Assembly (NCBI RefSeq): GCF_006345805.1
Contig: NC_043026.1
Location: forward strand, 5,890,001 to 5,954,000
Direction: 5' to 3'
Source of the DNA: Octopus sinensis
Taxonomy: Eukaryota
Length of the DNA: 64,000 nucleotides
Below the pieces are notes generated by a model. That model was not told the DNA's origin, did no database searches, and worked only from the letters and a program-made list of their open reading frames with translations. Made by a program: the position numbers and the translations under genes. Positions 54,859 to 64,000 of the stretch are shown here, one piece after another; position 1 is the first letter of the stretch; each line of letters begins with the position of its first letter.

Positions 54859-55080
54859 GGCGAGCTGGCAGAAACGTTAGCACGCCGGGCGAAATGCTTA
54901 GCGATATTTCGTCTGCGTTACGTTGTGAGTTCAAATTCCGCCGAGGTCGCCTTTCATCCTTTCGGGGTCGATAAATTAAGTACCAGTTACGCACTGGGGT
55001 CGATATAATCGACTTAATACCTATGTATGTCCTTGTTTGTCCCCTGTATGTTTAGCCCCTTGTGGGCAATGAAAAAAAAA
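54859..55080 (+). mobile_element. SINE family B monomer with a 16-bp TSD
   Basis: ggcgagctggcagaaacgttagc head, A-rich end; TSD aagtgacctttggcga at 54848-54863 and 55080-55095. Confidence 0.88.
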
Positions 55081-55324
55081 AGTGACCTTTGGCGATATGC
55101 TGTGCTTGAGAAGACCCGGCAAGCTAAGTGAAATCATTGTCATGGCCAATGCTGGTGTCACCTGGCACCCATGCCAGAGTCACATAACTGGCACCCATGC
55201 TGGATTCACTTAACTGGAACCCATGCCAGTGTACGTAACTGGCACCCATGCTGGTGTGATGTAACAAACGGCCCATGGAAAATCGCCCATGCTGGTGGCA
55301 TATAAAGAGCCACCATTACACTAT

Positions 55325-55640
55325 CTTAGGTTAGTTAGTTAATTTCTTGGCTCAAAAAGCAAAAAGCCAGGCCATGTAGGGGGACATGGAGTTATGGACA
55401 GGGTGGTGTTCATGTAAAGAGTTCAGGCCACTTGTGGTCAAGGGAGACTTTGAACTGAGCGGTCGTCGGCATCTTCGCCATCTCGTCCGGCAGCTTATTC
55501 CACGGATCCGCAACCCGGACGGAGAAAGCCCCTCTCCTTCAATTGAGATGAAATCGTCGCAGATAGAGCTTTTCGGAATGACCCCGCAGCCGACGCTCTG
55601 GAGCAGGAGTGAAGAACAGCTCTTTCGAGAGGTTACACTT
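55325..55640 (-). mobile_element. CR1-like LINE 3' end with (TAAC)n tail
   Basis: RLRGHSEKLYLRRFHLN*RRGAFSVRVADPWNKLPDEM (RGH..KL / FS.RV..WN.LP pattern). Confidence 0.85.
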
Positions 55641-58130
55641 TCCGCTTAAGTGGTTGGCATTAGGAAGGGGCATCCAGCCATAGAAACCAAGCCAAATCAG
55701 GCTGGAAGCTGGTGCAGCCCTCTGGCTGACCAGTTCCAGTCAAAGTGTCTAACCCATGCCGGCATGGACAGCGGACATTAAATGATGATGATGATGATGA
55801 TGGCAATGATGAAGATGACGATGATGATGATAATGATAAAACATCTGAGGTGGAGAGCTGGCAGAATTGTTAGTACACGAGGGGGGAGGGGACAAAATGC
55901 TAGACAGCATTTTATCTATCTTTACTTCCAATGTTCAAATTCTGCCAAGGTGGACTTGGCCATTCATCCTTCCGGTGGGGGAGGAAGGGGGTCAATGTAG
56001 CTGACCAATCTTCCTCGCCTTCCCTGAAACTGCTGGCCTTGTGCAAGAATTTGAAATCAGTTCTTTAATTCTTTTACTTGTTTCAGTCATTTGACTTCGG
56101 CCATGCTGGAGCACTGCCTTTAAGTCGAGCAACTCGACCCCAGGACTTATTCTTTTTGTAAGCCTAGTATTTATTCTATCGATACCTTTTGACGGACCGC
56201 TAAGTTACGAGGACGTAAACATAGACGCACACACACACATATTATATGACGGGCTTCTTTCAGTTTCTGTCTATGAAACCCACTCGCAGGCTTTGGTCGG
56301 CCCAAGGTGCCACGCAGTGGACTGAACCTGGAACACTGTGGTTGGTAAAGAAGCTTCTTACCACACAGCCACGCTTGATGATTATGGTGATATATTGCGT
56401 GTGTGTGTGTGTGTGTAGTTATGTCTATATGAATGTATGTGGACAAATATGTGTGTATATATATACATACACATCTATGCAGATATTTATACACACATAT
56501 TATACATACATACCTACACACACCACACACACACACATATATACATACACACCACACACACACATATACATACACACCACACACACATACATACATACCT
56601 ACACAAACACACACATATACATACACACCTACACACACCACACACACATATATACATACATACCTACACACACAAACACACATATACATACATACATACA
56701 TACACACACCACACACACACATATATATTATATACACCCACACGCAACCAAGTACGTATTTGCGCGAGTGTTTACATGAGGGGGGAGGGGACAACCACGA
56801 AGACTATGTGGGTGTTTATTCCCCCCCCCCACCCCATAATTTCGAGAGATGTGCGGAAGGGGTCCTGTTATTTATGGGGTTAACCTGTAGGGAGTTTGTC
56901 AAATAGCAATGAGAGGGAAGGAGGGAAGAGAGAAGCTGAGAGAAAGGACGAGAAATGTAGAAAGAAATGAGAGAGAGAGAGAGAAGATAAAAGGATGAGA
57001 AAGAGAAGGGAGGAGGGAGTGGAGGGAGAAAGAGTAAGAGTAGAGAGGGAAGCTGGGACAGAAGACGAGAGACATAAGAAGCTAGGAGAGAGAGAGAGAG
57101 AGGGAGGACGTAAGGAAGGAAAATGTAGAAAGGGTGAGTGAAAGAGGGAGGGAAAGTAGGAGAAAAGAGAGAGTGAGTACGAAGAAGCTGTAAGAGATTG
57201 AAAGAGAGAAGGAGGCTGAGAGTAAGAGAGGGAAGGGGAGGCGATGAGAGAGAGAGGGGGGAAGACGCTGCAAGGGAAGAGAAGGTAAAGCAGACGACCG
57301 AGTGAGAGAGGAGGAAACTGAGAGAAAGGACGATATATATAGAGGAGGAGAGAGAAAGGATGAGAACTATAGAAGGGAAGAGACGAGTGAGGAGGGAGAG
57401 ATGAGAAGATAGAAAGATGTGATGAGAGGGGGGGAAAATGAGAAGTGGTAAGGGTTAAGCGTAGAGTTTGAGTTACGCGAAGGGGAGGGAAGCAGAAAAA
57501 CAGTGGATGAGATGAAGGGGAGGAAGATGATAGACGTCGAATTGGGGGAAGGAAAAAAGAGAGAGTAGTAGTGGGAGGGAGAAGCATGTCGCGGAGAGAG
57601 GGGGAATGTCACATAAACGAGGGGAGATGAAAACTACGTGAAAAGGGGGAGGGAGATAAGAGAGACAGAAAGAGTGAGAGAGAGAGGGGGGGGGTAAGAG
57701 TAAATAAAACGGGAGGAGGAGTGAGAGGGATAACAATAGAAAGAGTAAGAAAACAGTGACAACACACACATATATACATATATATACACGCACACATGCG
57801 TGTATATGTTATAAAAATGTGTATATGTGTGTGTATATATGAGTGTGTGCGTGTGTCTGTAGTTATATATAATGCATTTTTGACCCTTATTTTCCAATAT
57901 ATACACATGTATATATTTACAAAAATGACAATACATACATTTATATATATACATATACATACATACATATACATATATATACATACATATACATACATAC
58001 ATATACATATATATACATACATATACATATATATATACATACATATACATATATATATACATACATATACATATATACACATATATATATATACATATAT
58101 ATACATACATATACATATACATATATATAT

Positions 58131-58177
<47 letters not shown>

Positions 58178-58179
58178 CG

Positions 58180-58226
<47 letters not shown>

Positions 58227-58267
58227 TACATGCACAAATGAAGATATACACACTCAAATTATATATA

Positions 58268-58399
58268 CAGGGTGTCCCGAAAAAATGTATACACATAGTG
58301 GTTCGGCAAAAAAGAACGATAGAATAAGTACTAGGCTTACAAAGAATAACAAATTTACAATTATTTAGGTGTGTATACATTTTCTTGGGGGACACCCTG
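58268..58399. mobile_element. Tc1/mariner-type MITE (132 bp)
   Basis: TIR cagggtgtcccgaaaaaatgtatacac / gtgtatacattttcttgggggacaccctg, TA TSD. Confidence 0.85.
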
Positions 58400-58441
<42 letters not shown>

Positions 58442-59438
58442 GGGGTCTCCTATTTTACGGTCGTAAAATAAATTAAGGAAAGCAATTTCGTTTCAGTTTA
58501 TACCCAAACTCCATCCACTTGCCGGACCACTCGCAGAATCATCGCTGATCCGGCGAATGAATCTAGTAACACATCCACCACCACCACCACCCAAACGAAA
58601 CGAAGGGCCGTGGAGTGGAGGGAGCCAGGGGCTAAAAAAAAAGATCCGTCGTCAGTGTGGGACGAACCGAGAATTTATTTGGCGCACTCGGACCCTCGGC
58701 GACGATCGCTTCAGTCGAATATTACCAGCGATTCGTAAACAAATATCCCTTATAATTTTTATTTGGTGATAAACTTTCTCATATGTGTGGTGCTCCTTAT
58801 CAATTAATAGGCGATCTTTCGTCTCTAGTAGACATTTCCGTCGATTTCCGTAAAAAAATTTTTTTTTTTTACATATGGGCTTGCGGGAACTTTTGAATAT
58901 ACATACATACACACATACACATACATACACACACACATACAGATACATACACACACATACACACACACACACATACATAGATACATACTCACACATACAT
59001 AGATACATATACACACACACATACATGCATATACACATACACCGAGTAAAAAATTTCAGTTATCTCTTTCTTTCACACATTACTCTCTCTGTCTCTTCAC
59101 ACACACTAACAGAAGCACTTCACTTACACAACATACTGTCTGTCTCCCACACCCCATCAAACACACACACACACACACACATGTACATCAAAGCTTCCCA
59201 TGCACGGTAACTTCAAAAGAACTTCCCCTCGTCATACAATCGCTTTTCTCTTAGTCTCTTTCGCTCTCATTACTTCAAAAGTTCCCGCAAGCCCATATGT
59301 AAAAAAAAAAAAAAAAATTTTTTTACGGAAATCGACGGAAAGGTCTACTAGAGACGAAAGATTGCCCATTAGGCGATAAATGATAAATGCTTTATTTTCT
59401 TCGCATCAGTTTAAATAGAATTGTTTCCCCGTGTATAC

Positions 59439-59470
<32 letters not shown>

Positions 59471-59962
59471 TTAAGGGTAGAAATTGATATTTATCAATTA
59501 AAACCAGAAGGTCTAGCATATTAAAATATTCATATATACCAATTAAGGACTGAACACGAAAAGTGGACAGTCAACATGCTAGACATAGACGTCAAATCGC
59601 CATTCTCCACAAAAGATTATGTTCTCAAATCAAACTCAGCACATATATATATACATACGTACATTATATATATTTATATATTTATGTATATATATGTGCA
59701 CAAATGATGGAAAATATATGTGTGTAAATATATGTGTATATTTCTTCATATCGGTTTGAATAGAATGGTTTTAATTCATTTTTACGACGGTAAAATAGGA
59801 GTTCATCTATGTATATACATATATAATATACATACATTATATATATCTAAATATATATATATATATATATATAATATATATATATATTATATATATATAT
59901 ATATATATATCTGTGTGTGTGTATATATATATATGTGTGTGTGTGTATATCTTCATTTGTGT

Positions 59963-60001
<39 letters not shown>

Positions 60002-60050
60002 CGTATGTATATATATATATATATGTGTGTGTTGTGCGTATGTATATATC

Positions 60051-60084
<34 letters not shown>

Positions 60085-61588
60085 CGTATGTATATATCTA
60101 AATATATATAGAGATATATATGTGTGTGTGTGTGAATATATGCACAAATGATGGTAAACATTAATATGTGTGTAAATATATATATGTATATTAAATGGAA
60201 AATGCTAAAAGAACAGGAAGAAGAAGAAGAATGAAAGAAAACGATAGAAAAAGGAAGGAGAAGAAGAAGAAGGAGAAGAAGAAGAAGGAGAAGAAGAAGA
60301 AGAAGAAGATGAAGGAGAAGGAGAAGAAGAAGAACGAGAGGCGGGTGGAAGGAGGAAAAAAAAGAGAAGCCAGGTTGACCCAGACAATCTGACCTAGATT
60401 CAATGTTTAAAGAGGACTTTTTCAGCAGAAGCAGGCACCGAGTTGGTTTATTGAGGTGGGAGAGAGAGAGAAGAAAAGAATCGAAAGAGAAGAAGCAAAG
60501 AAGCAAAGAAGGAAAGAAGGAAAGAAAGAAGGAAGGAAAAGGAAATAATAATAAACGAGTGTGTGTGTGTGTATGTGTGCATGTGTTTTTTTTGTCTCTT
60601 TCTCTGTTATGCTGTTGTATTGCTACTTCATTCTATACATAAATACATATATATATATATATATATTATATATATGGGGTTATATATGTGTGTGTGTGTG
60701 TGTGTGTTATTTATATTTACCTATCTGTCTATCAATTAATCTATCTTTTCTATAAATATATAGCATAGATATATATATATGTTTGTGTGTGTGTGTGTGC
60801 TCTATCAAATTTATCCATCTACCTATCTGTCTATGCCTGTCTCCAGTAATTTATCTGCATCACTATTTATTTACCTATCTGTGTCTATCTGTCTATCTCT
60901 CCATCTCTCCACCTATGTCTCTATCTCTCCATCTATCTATCCTCCCGTCTGTCCATATATTTATCCATCTATCTATTTACTTATCTGTCAGTTTGTCTAT
61001 TTCTCCATCTCTCTACCTATGTCTGTCTATCCATCCATCCGCCTGTCTACCTATCTACCTATCTGTCTATACATCCATCTATCTATCTATCTACCTGTCT
61101 GTCTATCTCTCTATCTGTCTATCCATCCATCTATCTATCTGTCTATCCATCCATCTATCTCTATCTATCTATCTGTCTATCCATCCATCCATCTGTCTAT
61201 CTATCTATCTATCTACCTGTCTGCCTATCTCTCAATCTCTCCACCTATGTATCCATCTATCTATCCATCCACCCGCCCGCCCGCCAGTCTATATATTTCT
61301 CCATCTACCTATTTACCTATCTGTCTGTCTATTTCTCCATCTCTCTACCTATGTCTGTCTATCTATATATTAATATATCTATTTACCTGTCTATCTCTCC
61401 ATCTCTCTACCTATGTATCTATCCATCCATCCATCCATCCACCCGCCTCCCGTCTGTCTATATATTTATCCATCCATCTATCTATTTACTTACCTGTCTG
61501 CCTATCTCTCCACCTATGTGTCTATCTATCCGTCCATCCACCTGTCTGTCCATATATCTATCTACCTATTTATCAATCATTACCTGTC

Positions 61589-61633
<45 letters not shown>

Positions 61634-61801
61634 ATTGTCAGAATTGAGAACAAAGGTGGGAAATGCCTTGTAGTAATTTTTGCGCCCCTGTACGTCCAGA
61701 TTAAACCATGTTCAGAGTCAATAAAATGTATGTACCAGTTAAGTGGAGGGGAAAAACTGTATCACGTCAAAATAACCTTACAGAATACGTTTGTCACACT
61801 T

Positions 61802-61836
<35 letters not shown>

Positions 61837-62399
61837 CACACGTACATACAGACACACACACACACACAATCAGAGAAGAAAAAATTATTTTACAGAATTT
61901 ATTCTTTTACTCGTTTGAACCATTAGAATGCGGCCATGCTGGGGCAACGCCATGAAGAACTTTTAAGTCGAATGAATCGACCCCGGGACTAATTGGGGGT
62001 GGGGTTTTCTTTTATTGTTTTTTTAAAACCTGGCACTTATTCAATCGGTCTCTTTTGCTGAACCCACGAGGGTGCGGGGGGGGGACGTAAACACACCGAC
62101 ACCGGTTGTCAAGCGATGGTCGGCGACGCACCCAGTGGATGCTGTCGATCTGTCCAACGCATGCAACACAGAAGGCTAACATGAAACGATTGCGTCGGGA
62201 GGGGAGGTTTATTTATGCGTGTGTATTTGTAGTGTTCTTACACTCATTGCCTGCCACCAAGCCTAGTAACTGCACTCATCCTATACCTCTCTCCCCCTTT
62301 ATACAATGCAAAGTTTGACTGAAGAGATTAACCAACCACGATTTACATAATCTTTATATATCATCATCATCATCATCATCATCATCACCATCATCATCA

Positions 62400-62808
62400 G
62401 GCGCAGGAGTGGCTGTGTGGTAAGTAGCTTGTTTACCAACCACATGGTTCCGGGTTCAGTCCCACTGCATGGCACCTTGGGCAAGTGTCTTCTACTATAG
62501 CCTCGGGCCGACCAAAGCCTTGTGAGTGGATTTGGTAGACGGAAACTGAAAGAAGCCCGTTGTATATATGTATGTATAAATATATATATATATGTGTGTG
62601 TATGTTTGTGTGTCTGTGTTTGTCCCCCAACATCGCTTGACAACCGATGCTGGTGTGTTTACGTCCCCGTAACTTAACGGTTCGGCAAAAAGAGACCGAT
62701 AGAATAAGTACCAGGCTTCCAAAGAATAAGTCCTGGAGTTGATTTGCTCGACAACAGGCGGTGCTCCAGCATGACCGCAGTCAAATGACTGAAACAAGTA
62801 AAAGAGAG
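62400..62808 (+). mobile_element. SINE family A, full composite
   Basis: Matches the consensus. Many partial copies also occur (e.g. 681-843, 1160-1505, 3600-3770, 4195-4390, 23300-23510, 56070-56375). Confidence 0.85.
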
Positions 62809-64000
62809 TGTCATCATTTAACGTCCGTTTCCATGCTGACAGGGGTTGGCAAGGCTGGAGAGCTGCACCAGGCTCCAATTGTCTCTTTCTGGCATTGTTT
62901 CTACAACTGGATGTCCTTCCTAACACCAACCACCCTGCAAAGTAGACTGAGTGCCTTTTTACGTGGCACCTGCACAGGCAGGGTCACCAAGCAACTTGCA
63001 AGACCAAAAAAACTTTTGAAAAGGGAGAGCATTGGAGGAGGGGATCTTGAGGGCAGAGGGTGGCATTAAGGGGAGAGAAATAAACAAACATCACTCTCAA
63101 CAGGTCAAGGTACACCCAAAAGTTTGAGTGCAATTTCAGACAGTCCAGTATGTAGGAGTATGTCGAAAGCATTAACCAGGTAAAAATCCCTGCCAAACCA
63201 GTTATAACATCTTAATGGCTAATAGTTGGCACAGGGAATGTAGAAGATTTCAATACAAGGTCACAGGTAGGCTTAACTTCAACATGGAAAACATGACCAA
63301 CACCAGATCCAACAGCTAGTTTATTAATACAGTTCTATATTTAACAGATTAGGAATTGTGCACACTATTTACATTTGACGGATATTTGTCCTCATCTTGT
63401 TTGTTGTTAACGTTTCGGTTGATATACCTTCCAGCATTCATCAGGTGTCTTGGGGAAATTTCAAACCTGGGTTCTCATTCCTAAGGCATTTGTTGATATT
63501 ATCATTATTATTATTCAGGTCACTGCCTGGAATCGAACTCGGAATCTTGGGGTTAGTAGCCCACGCTTTTAACCACTACGCCATATGCCCGTTCGATTCC
63601 AGGCAGTTACCTGAATAATAATAATAACATCGAAAGATACCTTAGGAATGAGAACCCAGGTTCAAAATTTCCCCAAGACACCTGATGAAGGCTAGAGGGT
63701 ATAACAGCCGAAACGTTGTGTTAACAACAAACAAGATGCGGACAAATATCCGATATCCGACAAATGTAAATAATGTAGTTTATTGATGTTTTCACACATT
63801 AACTTGTGTAGGTGGAACTATTTAAAATGTCAGAGAAAGAAATCTAACCATTTCTCCCAATACATACTAATACATACATCTAAAACAAAATTTTTTCAGG
63901 GGCCCTTAAAATACTTTTGTGGATCCCTAATTTACTATTTTGTTGCGTGAACCCCTGAAAATCTGATGTGGACCCTCATGGGCCATATGGACTCCTGTTG

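Larger units (their letters stand above)
54770..55812 (+). mobile_element. RTE-like LINE 3' end (ORF2 tail, 3' UTR, (GAT)n) carrying two nested insertions
   Basis: KRGRPTETWDEVVKHDF..GLTEERTS..LWRYAVLEKTRQAK once the inserted SINE is removed. ggcacccatg repeats and a (gat)n tail. Confidence 0.75.

Overview
Eukaryotic, very repeat-rich DNA; the SINE and microsatellite content looks like an octopod (coleoid) cephalopod, which is recognition, not a database result. The one protein-coding gene I can support is a minus-strand TGF-beta/activin-type R-Smad (Smad2/3). Eight coding exons were spliced by hand: 37757-37950, 37075-37218, 35284-35343, 30681-30713, 28449-28661, 26553-26690, 25143-25287 and 22662-22785. 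All introns are GT-AG and phase-consistent. They encode most of MH1, the linker with its PPPGY motif, MH2 and a C-terminal SSMS. The first coding exon was not found and probably lies beyond 64000. The rest is intron or intergenic DNA: at least four tRNA-headed SINE families, RTE, CR1-like and R4/RLE-like LINE fragments, Tc1/mariner and piggyBac-like non-autonomous elements, Helitron-like and Penelope-like pieces, mini/microsatellites, a 100-N gap and a 1.7-kb tandem duplication. Almost all long ORFs in the supplied track are microsatellite artefacts. I see no clearly new multi-gene system. The best leads are: many long near-perfect fold-back elements and inverted SINE pairs in the Smad pre-mRNA; a Leu>His change in the conserved MH1 motif HRKGLPH; a palindromic tRNA-head/Penelope-like-tail element; a SINE core with swapped 3' tails; and a minisatellite of 5'-splice-site-like motifs next to the PY-motif exon.
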